Shown here piece after piece: positions 15,391-25,184 of a stretch of DNA of 33,671 bases; positions within the stretch are counted from its first letter, which is position 1, and every line of letters starts with the position of its first letter. Made by a program: the position numbers and the translations under genes. Under the pieces are notes generated by a model. That model did no database searches. It saw only the letters and a program-made list of their open reading frames with translations, and had not been told where the DNA came from. This DNA is from an uncultured Chitinophagaceae bacterium. Its GTDB lineage: Bacteria > Bacteroidota > Bacteroidia > Chitinophagales > Chitinophagaceae. The stretch is from assembly GCA_964242675.1 (NCBI GenBank), contig CAXTDG010000001.1, positions 1 to 33,671 on the forward strand, in the 5' to 3' direction.

Positions 15391-18240
15391 TTAAAATTTA
15401 GCTCTTACACCAAAGCTTACGGTCTTCATTAACGGGTAGCCCATGGAAAGGCGTTCTGCTTCCAGTCCTTCAATTTGATCCCAGGTAAATAAGTTGGTGC
15501 CGTTGGCAAAAAATCGCACTGCTTCTACTTTTTTCAGGAAGCTTGTTTGTGGTAAGGTGTAGCCCACTTCAATGCTTCTGATTTTTAGAAGATTGCCATT
15601 GCGAAGCCAGAAATCTGACTGACGATTATTGTTTTCATTGGCCTGTGTGGAAAGCCGTGGCGTGGTGGCGGTCATAGCATTTTGCGGGGTCCAGCTATTG
15701 GTTGAAAAGGCTGTAATGTTATTGTTGCCAACCAACGGATGGGTGTAGGCATACGCATCATCCAACAAGCTTACAGTGCGGTGCAATACACCTTGTGCAT
15801 ACGCATCCACATCAAACCCACCAACCTTGAAACCAATATTAAAACCAAGAGTAATTTCAGGCAGTTTAGCATAATCAATTGGTGCCCGATCGTAGTCGTT
15901 GATAATACCGTTGCCATCCTTGTCTACAAATTTCAAATCACCGGGTTTTACCGTAGTAAAAGAGGAGCGAGGAATGTTAGGCAACAGGTTTCCGCTGGCA
16001 TCAAAATCAGATGTTTGATAAAAACCATTGCTCATTAATCCTTTGAACTGACCCAGTCGAAAACCTTTGGTGTACAGGTAATCCAGCGGTTGTGCATTTT
16101 CTGAACGGGCAGTTATTTTATTACGAGCAAATGCTACCGATCCACCTACATAATATTCAAATGACTTTTGTTTTTCATGGAAATTCAGTGCTGCTTCAAA
16201 GCCTTTGTTATTCACTTTGCCCGTGTTGGTTTGGGCCAGGTTAAAGCCTGTAAAATCAGGAATACCAGATGGTGTTTCGAGAATGCCAGAACGGGTTTCG
16301 TTAAACACATCTATAGTAGCAGTCAGCTTTTCCCAAAGTTTTGCATCTATACCAAAATTGAAAGTTGATTTCTGTTCCCAACGGAAATCCTTGTTAGCAA
16401 TTGCTCCTTCGGTACGGCCACCAACGCCAGTGTTGCCGGTTCCAACAATCCAGCCGTTGGCCGTTACGCCCCAGCGTTCGTACAGAAAACGGTAGTCTTC
16501 ATTCTGGTTGCCGGTAAGGCCATAAGAGGCTCTTACTTTCAGGAAATTAACTGTCTTACTTTCCTTCAAAAAATCTTCGTTGCTGGCTACCCACCCTAAT
16601 CCTACTGCCGGAAAAAATCCATAACGGTGGCCTGATTCATAATCGGCCGAACCATTGTAGGAAGCGGATACGTCAGCAATATATTTTTTATCGTAGTCAT
16701 ACGTTACGCTGCCCAACAAGCCTTGCGTACGTACGGCGTACACCTGTCCATCGTGAATATATTCTTGCCGGCGAGCCTGTACCATACCGGTTACGGTATG
16801 CTTGCCAAAACTATTGTCGTAATCAAAACCTGCCTGAAAAGTGTTGCGGTTCCAATGTTCGTTTCCACCATCTGAAATGGACTGGCTTACAGCGCCTATA
16901 CTTTTGTACGTAAGGCCACCACCTGTTAGGATTGCGCTGTCGTTTGCATTTTTACTAATCTCAAAAGAAGGAACGGTGAAGCTTTTTACATAGGTGCCGA
17001 TGTACAAATTGCTGAATGATAATGATCCGTTGAACGATAGACCTTTCACCAATTTATCTAGTCGCTCGGTTACGGCAAAATTGGTTTGCAGCGTACGGGC
17101 ATGAGAACTGTACACGCCATTGCGTTGCAGCAATTGTTGCGGGTTGAAATTATACACCGAATTATTTCCCCAGCTTCCATCCGGATTATTTACCGGAAAC
17201 GCTGCTGCCGGAATACGCAGCAGGTTGTTGAAAAAAGTAGTAGCCGTAAAGCCTGAAGGCGTATTTCTATCTTCCGTTACGCCAACAATATTTGCCCGTA
17301 CGCTCAGGTTTTTACTCAACTGCAATTCCACATTGGCCCGTAGGTTTAGCTTAGTGTACTCGGCATTGGTTCCAAAGTCTTTATTAATGGCAGCGGCATC
17401 TTTGTAAATGCCTTCAAAATTGGTGTAGTTGCCAAATACGTAGTAGCGGGCCCTGGTGCCACCACCTCTAAAAGCCAGGTTGTAATCCTGTATGGCCGAT
17501 GTTTTACTCAGTACCTGCTTGTACCAATCCACATTGGGATGAACCGGGTCGTTGTCGGCTTTATATAAACCTGGATTAGGATATTTAGTAGGCAGACCAT
17601 CATTTTGCGTAGCCTGATTGTAAGCGGATACATAGTCAAAAGCGTTCAGCACTTTCGGTAATTCAATAGGACTTAAAATGCCGTAGCGGCCATTTACGCT
17701 GATCTGTGTTTTGCCGGAATTCATTCCTCTTTTGGTGCGAATACTCAATACGCCTGCACCACTTTCCAAACCATACATTGCTAAAGCCGCTGCATCTTTC
17801 AGCAGCGTTACTGATTCTATTTCAAATACGGATAATGAACTGATGGCATTCAAATCAACCGGGAAGCCGTCGAGGTAAATAGTTACCCGGTTGCCGGTAA
17901 TGTTCCAGCTACTTTGGCCCCGTACATACAGCGTTGGGTTGTCGTAGCCCGGTTCGCCGGAGCCGGTAGCTACCGTTAGTCCGGGGATGCGGCCTTGTAA
18001 AGTATTCAGCAAATTACCAGCACTCATGCGGGTCAGTTCTTCACCGGAAAGGGTGAAAACAGCTCCCGTGGTACGCCAGGCTTTTTCGCTACGTAGGCCC
18101 AGGTCTACCCGGCTTTCCAAGGAAGCCGGTGCCTCGGTGAGCATTTTGGTGGAATCCAGCATGGGAACCTGGGCGCCAGCTTTCATAGCCATGCCACCCA
18201 GTAGCCCGCAACAGATATATAGTCTATATTTTTTAATCAT
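15391..18240 (-). CDS. SusC/RagA-family TonB-dependent transporter (pair B), without the N-terminal carboxypeptidase-regulatory-like domain
   Basis: 949 aa with ATG start and a signal peptide. The plug begins directly (TGAVFTLSGEELTRMSAGNLLNTLQGRIPGLTV). SusC-type barrel ending ...KTVSFGVRAKF. Confidence 0.9.
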   Translation of the reverse strand: MIKKYRLYICCGLLGGMAMKAGAQVPMLDSTKMLTEAPASLESRVDLGLRSEKAWRTTGAVFTLSGEELTRMSAGNLLNTLQGRIPGLTVATGSGEPGYDNPTLYVRGQSSWNITGNRVTIYLDGFPVDLNAISSLSVFEIESVTLLKDAAALAMYGLESGAGVLSIRTKRGMNSGKTQISVNGRYGILSPIELPKVLNAFDYVSAYNQATQNDGLPTKYPNPGLYKADNDPVHPNVDWYKQVLSKTSAIQDYNLAFRGGGTRARYYVFGNYTNFEGIYKDAAAINKDFGTNAEYTKLNLRANVELQLSKNLSVRANIVGVTEDRNTPSGFTATTFFNNLLRIPAAAFPVNNPDGSWGNNSVYNFNPQQLLQRNGVYSSHARTLQTNFAVTERLDKLVKGLSFNGSLSFSNLYIGTYVKSFTVPSFEISKNANDSAILTGGGLTYKSIGAVSQSISDGGNEHWNRNTFQAGFDYDNSFGKHTVTGMVQARRQEYIHDGQVYAVRTQGLLGSVTYDYDKKYIADVSASYNGSADYESGHRYGFFPAVGLGWVASNEDFLKESKTVNFLKVRASYGLTGNQNEDYRFLYERWGVTANGWIVGTGNTGVGGRTEGAIANKDFRWEQKSTFNFGIDAKLWEKLTATIDVFNETRSGILETPSGIPDFTGFNLAQTNTGKVNNKGFEAALNFHEKQKSFEYYVGGSVAFARNKITARSENAQPLDYLYTKGFRLGQFKGLMSNGFYQTSDFDASGNLLPNIPRSSFTTVKPGDLKFVDKDGNGIINDYDRAPIDYAKLPEITLGFNIGFKVGGFDVDAYAQGVLHRTVSLLDDAYAYTHPLVGNNNITAFSTNSWTPQNAMTATTPRLSTQANENNNRQSDFWLRNGNLLKIRSIEVGYTLPQTSFLKKVEAVRFFANGTNLFTWDQIEGLEAERLSMGYPLMKTVSFGVRAKF

Positions 18241-18308
18241 CGTTGGTTTGAGTTTTACAAATTTTTCGTCTTATAACTTTTGTCTTACTCTTCTTGCCAG
18301 CCGCCGAC

Positions 18309-18350
18309 CTCATCCCTAACCCTCTTCAATGGAGAGGCGCACCTCTCTCG
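18309..18350. repeat. Solo, degenerate copy of the GC-rich palindromic unit seen at 13269-13480
   Basis: ACCTCATCCCTAACCCTCTTCAATGGAGAGG resembles ACCTCACCCCCAGCCCCTCTCCAAGCC (13267-13293). It contains overlapping small stems CCTCT/AGAGG and GAGAGG/CCTCTC. It sits in the 188-bp spacer between the SusD-A stop and the SusC-B start. Confidence 0.5.
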
Positions 18351-18428
18351 AAGCAATTGGAATAATGCTTTGAGGTGAATGGGTTGCAGGATCTTCTATT
18401 AACAGCGAAAGAAAGTTTGACGGGCTTT

Positions 18429-20252
18429 TTACCAGCCAGGGTTTTGTCCATTCCAGGTAGCGTTGCCCAGGTATTGCTTGCTCACTTCGGAATAAGGGAA
18501 CGGAACGTAGTAATACTTGATTGGAAAAACCCTTTGGATGAAAGGCACAATCTGCCAAGAACGCTTCAGGGTATTATTTACCTTTTTAGCCGTAGTGCTT
18601 ACACCCCGCAATGGTTGGTTAAGAACGATATGGGCTTTTAGCCAGCGGTTCAGGTCGTTGTAGCGGTGGCCTTCGTAGGCTAGTTCTATGGTGCGTTCGT
18701 TTTGCACCGCTAAACGAAACTGGTCCTGGCTTAGGCCGGTTTTGCTAGGCATACCTGCCCGTGAGCGAATGGCATTCAGGTATTGATAAGCTTCTGTTGT
18801 AGGAGCACCCATTTCGTTCAGGGCTTCTGCATAGCTTAAGTAAAACTCTGCTAACCGAAATACCGGCCAGGCAAAATGATTATCGCTCATATTATCAATA
18901 CGGGCCACAAACTTTACGGCTTCCATCGCATAGCCATCGGGGCCGGCATCGCTACTGGAAAGGCTACCGGCCGCATAGCCATCGCCCGCTTTATAATAGG
19001 CTAGTACACCACGGCTGCTGTTCCAGGTCTGGCCATCATACGCAATGGTCTGGTAAAAACGAGGGTCGAGGTTAAGGGCTTTTACATCCACACCAAAGTC
19101 ATCTCCGGAGGTTGGCAACGTCCACGTTGTGCCGTTTCGTTTTTCGTATTGCTGCATAAACTCTACCGGCACATTGTTTTTTGCACCCCATTCATTCAGC
19201 CGCACTTTACTCATCAGGTAGCGGCCCCATTCAAAACCGGTTGTTACCTGGTTGTAAGTATTTACCAGTATCAGTTCCTGGTTAGCATACACATTGTAAA
19301 CGGCTTCGTAGTCGCCCAACTCAGCATAGGTTCCATTAGTACCAATGGTTTCTGGTTTGCCGGTATTGTAAAGTGATACGCTGGAAGCTCCTGCATTATC
19401 AATCACTGCCTTGGCAGCAGCAGCAGCTAGTTGCCAGCGATTCTGGTCATAAGCAGGGTAGCATAAAACGGAATCTCTACCATCGCCAAACCGGGCGGCC
19501 GAAATGGTAGATGCCATGGATTGAGGCGTATTATACAACGGGCTAGCAGCATATAGCAACACTCTTGCTTTCAGGGCCAGCGCAGCCAGTTTGGTCACTT
19601 TACCATAATCTACCGATGCACGGGTGGCAGGCAAAATAGCTGCTGCTTCGTCGCACCAGGCAACGATATTGTCAACTGTGTTTTTCAGCGAACTACGAGG
19701 TATTTTCAGGTTATCTTCCCCATCCAGCGGAACGGTTACGATAGGGATGCCGCCATACAAGCGGAACACTTCGTAGTGCTGTAGAGCCCGGCAAAAAAGT
19801 GCCTGCGCCTTCACATCAGCTTTCCAGGCGGCATCAGCATCTTCCACCTTATCAATATTTTGCAGCACCAGATTGGCCTGGCGAATGCCCTGGTAGTGGC
19901 TACCAAAACCACCTTTATCAATAGTGGCCGATGGGCTCATGTTGCCCGTAACGTACACACCGGCATTCATAGAAAGCTGAGCCCAATTGTAGGCCGGGTT
20001 AATGATGTACAATTGGTCAGTAACCACTTCCGGGCGGCTATCGCCGGAGTTATTTTGAGCAAAATAGGTTTTGATGCACAGGTTGTACATCTGCGCCACT
20101 GCGTAGTTTGCCTGCTTTTGGGTGCGAAAAATAGTATCAATCGTTACATCGCCACCCCGTGGTTTTTCGAGAAAGTTTTTTGTGCAACCTGGTAGAAAAA
20201 AGCTGCCTGTTACTGCTGCCATCAGCAGTACAATAATGTGTATTCTTTTCAT
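18429..20252 (-). CDS. SusD/RagB-family glycan-binding outer-membrane lipoprotein (pair A)
   Basis: 607 aa. Lipoprotein signal MKRIHIIVLLMAAVTGSFFLPGC. SusD-like segments: ALFCRALQHYEVFRLYGGIPI, FRLAEFYLSYAEALNE, ending ...GQNPGW. Starts 19 nt after the SusC-A stop. Confidence 0.9.
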   Translation of the reverse strand: MKRIHIIVLLMAAVTGSFFLPGCTKNFLEKPRGGDVTIDTIFRTQKQANYAVAQMYNLCIKTYFAQNNSGDSRPEVVTDQLYIINPAYNWAQLSMNAGVYVTGNMSPSATIDKGGFGSHYQGIRQANLVLQNIDKVEDADAAWKADVKAQALFCRALQHYEVFRLYGGIPIVTVPLDGEDNLKIPRSSLKNTVDNIVAWCDEAAAILPATRASVDYGKVTKLAALALKARVLLYAASPLYNTPQSMASTISAARFGDGRDSVLCYPAYDQNRWQLAAAAAKAVIDNAGASSVSLYNTGKPETIGTNGTYAELGDYEAVYNVYANQELILVNTYNQVTTGFEWGRYLMSKVRLNEWGAKNNVPVEFMQQYEKRNGTTWTLPTSGDDFGVDVKALNLDPRFYQTIAYDGQTWNSSRGVLAYYKAGDGYAAGSLSSSDAGPDGYAMEAVKFVARIDNMSDNHFAWPVFRLAEFYLSYAEALNEMGAPTTEAYQYLNAIRSRAGMPSKTGLSQDQFRLAVQNERTIELAYEGHRYNDLNRWLKAHIVLNQPLRGVSTTAKKVNNTLKRSWQIVPFIQRVFPIKYYYVPFPYSEVSKQYLGNATWNGQNPGW

Positions 20253-20271
20253 TTGATAAGCAATTAGCAGT

Positions 20272-23200
20272 TTAGAAATTGACGTTAAGACCTGTGTTGA
20301 ACGTACGGGTCAATGGATAGCCGATGTAACCCAGGTTTTCGGGGTCGCCCCAAATCGGGTCTTTCGTCCAGGTAAGCAGGTTGTAGCCATTGGCATACAC
20401 TCTTATGGAACGTATACCTGTTTTCTTCATTAAGTTTTTGGAAAGCGTATAACCAATTTCCATATTCTTCAGGCGTACATAAGAAGTGTTGATGCGGAAG
20501 AAACTGTTGCGAGCACCCTGCTGGCTATAAGCCGCCAGTGGAAAATCAATCTTTTCACCTGCCGCATAGCGTTCTTGGGTAAAGCGGTTCAGGTCTACTT
20601 CAAATAAAGATTCCTGCTTGTTGAAATGTAACTGGTTGGCCAGGGCATATTTTGCTACGCCTTCCACGCCCTGTACTAAGGCAGAGAAATCGAAACCTTT
20701 GAAGCTGAAGCCAAAAGATACACCATACGTTATCCGTGGGATATCGGTGTAGCCGGAGCGTACATAGTCCTTTTCGTCTATCACGCCGTCTTCGTTGTAG
20801 TCCTGCAACTTAATTTCTCCTGGTTGTAAAGCCCGGCCTGCAAAACCCAGATCTTTCTGATACACGGTTTGACCTTGTGCATTTTTGTAAGGCTGACCAC
20901 TTTTGTTCAGCGCTTTCACCGGGTTAGCCAAAACCGGGTTGCCATTTTTGTCTACTTCATACAAATCGGCCCATGAAGTGTACAACCCTTGTGACTGTAA
21001 ATACAGCCCCTGGTTGATAGGCTTGCCGGTAGCAGCCTGATATTCCAGTCCCGGAACAATGGCTTCATCCCGATAAATGATCTTGTTATTATTGGTAGAT
21101 CCATTAGCTTTTACCCAATACGTGAAGTTGCGGGTGCTTCCGTTGTAACCAATTTCCAGTTCATTACCCCAGTTTTTTACATCACCAATATTGTATGGCG
21201 GCAGGGTAGCCTGCACAATTCCTGGCACCGTTCCCCGATATGACAGGATATTGATGCGGTGCTCATTGTAGTGGTCGAAAGTAATGCTCAGCTTGTCTTT
21301 CAGGAAACGGGTTTCTACGCCAATATTGGATTTGGTAGCGGTTTCCCAGGTTACATTGGGGTTGCCAATTACGCTTTCGGCAGCACCTTGTACCCGGTTG
21401 CGGTCATTGAGGCCACCAAAATAGTAGCCACCGGTGTACTGCCAGGTGTTGGGCAAATACAGGTAACGGGCATCTGTACTAGTTCCCGGAATGGTAATTT
21501 TATCGTTACCTACTTTACCATAAGAGCCTCTTACTTTCAGGTAGGTGAAATAAGGCGTTTTAGGGAAAAAATCTTCTTTGCTGGCAACCCAACCTAAAGA
21601 ATAAGCTGGCAGGAATCCAAAGCGTTTTCCTTCAGGAAAATTCTCGGAGCCATTGTAGCCCATATTAAATTCCGCCAGGTATTTTGACTTGTAAGCATAC
21701 GTAACACGACCGGCCATACCTAAGTAAGCATGGGGCAAATCAGGAACATAAGAAGGGTCGTAGCGCTTTTCAGCAAAATACAGCAGTAGGCCCGTGAAAG
21801 CATGGTCGCCAAAAGTGCGGGAATAGTTCATGGATGCCTCGCCGTATAGCTTGCGCCACTTGCCTACATACACATTTTGAAATCTTTCGGAAGGCGTAAC
21901 GTCATTTAGTTGCACCAAAATAGGGTTTAGTTTATCACCGTTTGGATTAGCCCGGTAGCCATACAAAAGCGGGTAAGAACGGCCATAAGAACGGCTATCG
22001 AAATAGCTATCATATGCTCCTCTTGCATTGATGGATAAGCCTTTGGTAATGAAATCCAGCTTATGCGTCAGGCGAATGAGAGAGTTAAGGATGCTATTGT
22101 TATCAATATTGTAGTAGTTAGAAGAAACGATGGAATACAGCGGGTTCAACTGTGTATTCTGGTTGGTGAACGGCACTACAAATTTGCCATTGATCATACC
22201 GGGAGAACCCAGCGGCGTAGACCACAGGATACGTTTTTCCCAGGTGTAGCCATCGTTATCCATACCGCTGATGCGTACGAACTGAGTACCCAAGTCAACC
22301 GATATTTTGAAGTTTTTGTTTACATCGAAATCTAGATTGCTGCGCAGGTTGTAGCGGTCTTTCCGAAAATCCATTTCCTTGGAAAAAGGCATGTAATCCG
22401 TTTTAAACAAACCGCCTTGTGTAAGGGCACCCAGCGAAACGAAATATTTGATAGAATTGGTACCACCCGAAATATTGGTATTGAACTGCGATTGCTGTGC
22501 GTACTTCTTAAAAATCTGGCTTTTCCATTCCTGGTCGGGGTGGAAATAAGGATCATAATTAGGATTAGGCTGCCCGTTGAGAGTAGGCGTATGGGCATTT
22601 TGGAAAGCCAATAGATCTTGTGGAGAGAAGTATAGAACCGCTTCCCGGATCCAGCTGGTGTCCCGTTTTTTTACAAAATCATCCCAGGTATTAATGCCTG
22701 CATCCCGTGAGTGATTTACCCAATAGTTTTCAAAACTCAGTTCGTTTTGCAGGGTAGCGTACTGGTAGGAGTTCACAAAATTGGGCATCCGAGTAAAGCC
22801 GGTAATAGCCGTTTGGGCCGAGGCACTGATTCTGGGAGCACCTTCTTTGCCTCTTTTGGTAGTAATGAGAATAACGCCGTTGGCACCCCGAACACCATAC
22901 ACCGCCGTAGCAGAAGCATCTTTTAAAATGCTGATGGTTTCAATTTCGTTGGGGTCAATGTCGTTGTAAGTATCACGGGCTACACCATCCACCATTATCA
23001 GCGGAGCGGTGTTGCCGGTATATGTACCTACACCCCGAACGTACAGGGCAGAAGCATCAGCCCCTGGCTTGCCGCTACTCTGAATAGCTGTAAGCCCGGA
23101 CAGGCGACCAACCAACGCATTACTAATGTTAGAAACCGGCGTTTGAACCAGTTCCTTATTATTCATGGTAGAGATGGCCCCCGTTACAGATTCTTTCTTC

Positions 23201-23550
23201 TGCTGGCCGTAGCCTACAATTACCACATCTGATAGGCCGGCAGTATCTGACGTAAGCCGGATGCTAATCGAACCATTTCCGATAGAAGCTTCTTTAGTAC
23301 CAAACCCAACGGAAGAGAAGATAAGTTTGGTAGCGGCTAAGGGAACAGACAGCGAAAAATGACCATTGAAGTCGGTTGCGGTAGACTTGGAAGATGTTTT
23401 TTCCGTAACGGTAGCCCCTTGCAATGGCTTGTTCTTTTCGTCCGTTACGGTTCCTTGTACTGTTTTGGTTTGGGCTAAGGCCTTCTGGCTTCCTACAAGT
23501 GCTGATAGGCAAAGCAGTAGCAGCAACCCTAAGAGTTGGCTTTTTCTCAT
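20272..23550 (-). CDS. SusC/RagA-family TonB-dependent transporter (pair A) with an N-terminal carboxypeptidase-regulatory-like domain
   Basis: The ORF reaches 23562 through a TTG codon; the ATG at 23550 (MRKSQLLGLLLLLCLSALVGSQKALAQ) is more likely the start. The N-terminal TVQGTVTDEKNKPLQGATVTEK...FNGHFSL matches the CarboxypepD_reg-like pattern. Then the plug (VTGAISTMNNKEL...ALVGRLSGL) and a barrel ending ...FNTGLNVNF. Confidence 0.92.
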   Translation of the reverse strand: MRKSQLLGLLLLLCLSALVGSQKALAQTKTVQGTVTDEKNKPLQGATVTEKTSSKSTATDFNGHFSLSVPLAATKLIFSSVGFGTKEASIGNGSISIRLTSDTAGLSDVVIVGYGQQKKESVTGAISTMNNKELVQTPVSNISNALVGRLSGLTAIQSSGKPGADASALYVRGVGTYTGNTAPLIMVDGVARDTYNDIDPNEIETISILKDASATAVYGVRGANGVILITTKRGKEGAPRISASAQTAITGFTRMPNFVNSYQYATLQNELSFENYWVNHSRDAGINTWDDFVKKRDTSWIREAVLYFSPQDLLAFQNAHTPTLNGQPNPNYDPYFHPDQEWKSQIFKKYAQQSQFNTNISGGTNSIKYFVSLGALTQGGLFKTDYMPFSKEMDFRKDRYNLRSNLDFDVNKNFKISVDLGTQFVRISGMDNDGYTWEKRILWSTPLGSPGMINGKFVVPFTNQNTQLNPLYSIVSSNYYNIDNNSILNSLIRLTHKLDFITKGLSINARGAYDSYFDSRSYGRSYPLLYGYRANPNGDKLNPILVQLNDVTPSERFQNVYVGKWRKLYGEASMNYSRTFGDHAFTGLLLYFAEKRYDPSYVPDLPHAYLGMAGRVTYAYKSKYLAEFNMGYNGSENFPEGKRFGFLPAYSLGWVASKEDFFPKTPYFTYLKVRGSYGKVGNDKITIPGTSTDARYLYLPNTWQYTGGYYFGGLNDRNRVQGAAESVIGNPNVTWETATKSNIGVETRFLKDKLSITFDHYNEHRINILSYRGTVPGIVQATLPPYNIGDVKNWGNELEIGYNGSTRNFTYWVKANGSTNNNKIIYRDEAIVPGLEYQAATGKPINQGLYLQSQGLYTSWADLYEVDKNGNPVLANPVKALNKSGQPYKNAQGQTVYQKDLGFAGRALQPGEIKLQDYNEDGVIDEKDYVRSGYTDIPRITYGVSFGFSFKGFDFSALVQGVEGVAKYALANQLHFNKQESLFEVDLNRFTQERYAAGEKIDFPLAAYSQQGARNSFFRINTSYVRLKNMEIGYTLSKNLMKKTGIRSIRVYANGYNLLTWTKDPIWGDPENLGYIGYPLTRTFNTGLNVNF

Positions 23551-24162
23551 ATAATTAAGCAATGTTTAAAAATGTTGAAGTGTGTTAGTGCATCGGTAAA
23601 CACAACAATGAACTTGTTGGAGAGTAAAGAATTAGTTTAATCTTACACTAATAGCAATCTTAATCGTTTTGGTTTGTCTGAAAGTAGGCAGTCTTTCAAA
23701 TCAGTAATAATCAACAGGCAGCTTGATTTTTTTCTGAAGAGCAATCGTTTTCGTGGCGTAAAAGTATAGAGCAGGTATTTACAAAACCAACTTTTGAGGA
23801 AAATTTTTTTCTCAACTCGTTGATTATAAATAAGTTAGGATAAATTCAATACGCTTCAATCACATAAAGCGAAATAGGGCATAAACTTGAATATCAGTTG
23901 ATTGCAACGAATATTATAAAGATACTTCTACCTTTTTTGATACGGTTTAGGGAAATTTGAAACCCTACAAGCAATTTTGACTGTGAAAAGCTAAGCAGTT
24001 TACAATAGTATTTATTGAACGTAAAAAGGAACATCAGGTTGAAAAGAACTCCATTATAAGTAGAGTATCATCATTAATTATGCGGTTGTTTCTACCCATT
24101 ATGCTTACTAATGTATGTTAGGTATTCACCTTTATTCCTGAACTTATTCTAAACGATATAGC
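23551..24162. promoter_or_regulatory. 612-bp AT-rich divergent intergenic region; presumed to hold the PUL promoter (minus strand) and the gluconolactonase-like gene promoter (plus strand)
   Basis: No ORF of 60 aa or more on either strand. It is flanked by divergent start codons at 23550 and 24163. I could not place an exact Bacteroidota TAnnTTTG -7 box with confidence. Confidence 0.4.
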
Positions 24163-25104
24163 ATGTACACAAAAAAAATACTTCCCTTTTCTATATTGAT
24201 AATGGCAATAATGCTGGCAGCTTGTGGCCAGATAAGCAGAAGCACTAGTATACATCTACCTAACCAGGACAGCACTAATACCATATTCGATACGGCAGAG
24301 CGGCTTCAACTGATCTCTAACCAGTTTTCATTTACAGAAGGACCGGCTACAGACAAAAACGGGAATGTTTTTTTTACAGATCAGCCCAATAATAAAATCT
24401 GGAAATATAGTACCCATGGCAAACTGAGCTTATTTATGGACAGTGCCGGACGTAGCAATGGAATGTATTTTGACAAAGAGGGCAACCTGATTTCCTGTGC
24501 AGATGAACACAACCAACTGTGGGAAATAGCACCAGATAAAAAGGTGCAAGTATTGGTCAATCAATTTGAGGGCAAAGCGCTGAATGGGCCTAACGATGTA
24601 TGGATAGATCGTAGTACCGGCGGCCTGTATTTTACCGATCCCTATTACCAAAGGGATTACTGGACCCGAAAGGCGACTGAACTAAATGGTATGAAAGTGT
24701 ACTACTTACCTGCCGGGGCAAAAGAAGCCGTTGTGGTAAGTGACCTGCTAAAAAAGCCTAATGGAATAACCGGCACGCCGGATGGTAAATACTTGTTTGT
24801 AGCAGATATCGAAGGCGGAAAAACATACCGGTTCAACCGGGATGCCAATGGGCTGCTAACAAACGCACAGGTGTTTGCCAACCAAGGATCTGATGGAATG
24901 ACCATTGACAATAAAGGCAATTTGTACCTGACGGGAAAAGGAGTTACCATTTACAATGCTGCCGGAATGCGGATAGCACATATAGATGTACCTGAGACAT
25001 GGACTGCTAACTTATGTTTCTTCGGCAAAAAGCGGGATAATCTTTTTATAACGGCTTCCAAAGGCGTTTATATCCTAAAAACAAAAGTGGCTGGTGTTGA
25101 GTAG
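24163..25104 (+). CDS. SMP-30/gluconolactonase/LRE-like beta-propeller lipoprotein
   Basis: 313 aa. Lipoprotein signal ...IMAIMLAAC. Motifs: FTEGPATDKNGNVFFTDQPNNKIW, NGPNDVWID...GLYFTDP, KPNGITGTPDGKYLFVAD, GSDGMTIDNKGNLYLT. Confidence 0.8.
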   Translation: MYTKKILPFSILIMAIMLAACGQISRSTSIHLPNQDSTNTIFDTAERLQLISNQFSFTEGPATDKNGNVFFTDQPNNKIWKYSTHGKLSLFMDSAGRSNGMYFDKEGNLISCADEHNQLWEIAPDKKVQVLVNQFEGKALNGPNDVWIDRSTGGLYFTDPYYQRDYWTRKATELNGMKVYYLPAGAKEAVVVSDLLKKPNGITGTPDGKYLFVADIEGGKTYRFNRDANGLLTNAQVFANQGSDGMTIDNKGNLYLTGKGVTIYNAAGMRIAHIDVPETWTANLCFFGKKRDNLFITASKGVYILKTKVAGVE

Positions 25105-25130
25105 TATTTTCCTTAATAGGAGTAATAATA

Positions 25131-25177
25131 CTGTTGGTGGAGCTAATCAGTTAAAGCCGTTTTCACTCCACCAACAG
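25131..25177. terminator. Bidirectional terminator-like hairpin between convergent genes
   Basis: CTGTTGGTGGAG (25131-25142) and CTCCACCAACAG (25166-25177) are exact reverse complements, giving a 12-bp stem with a 23-nt loop. It lies 27 nt after the plus-strand stop (25104) and 8 nt after the minus-strand stop (25185). Confidence 0.55.
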
Positions 25178-25184
25178 GCTATTC

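Noticed and set aside
15213-15401. 62-aa plus-strand ORF in the susC-B/susD-B spacer
   Set aside because: It spans the inverted-repeat element. Its translation (…HRHISRIEG…) is simply the CACATAG repeat read in frame, so it is not a credible gene.
18316-18558. 80-aa minus-strand ORF
   Set aside because: It overlaps the 3' end of SusD-A in another frame and the GC-rich palindromic repeat, with no supporting features.
23650-23760. Two AGCAATC...AATCGTTTT motifs ~80 bp apart as candidate operator repeats
   Set aside because: Only a 9-mer is shared, and in a 600-bp AT-rich region that is close to chance expectation. It is mentioned under the leader finding only.
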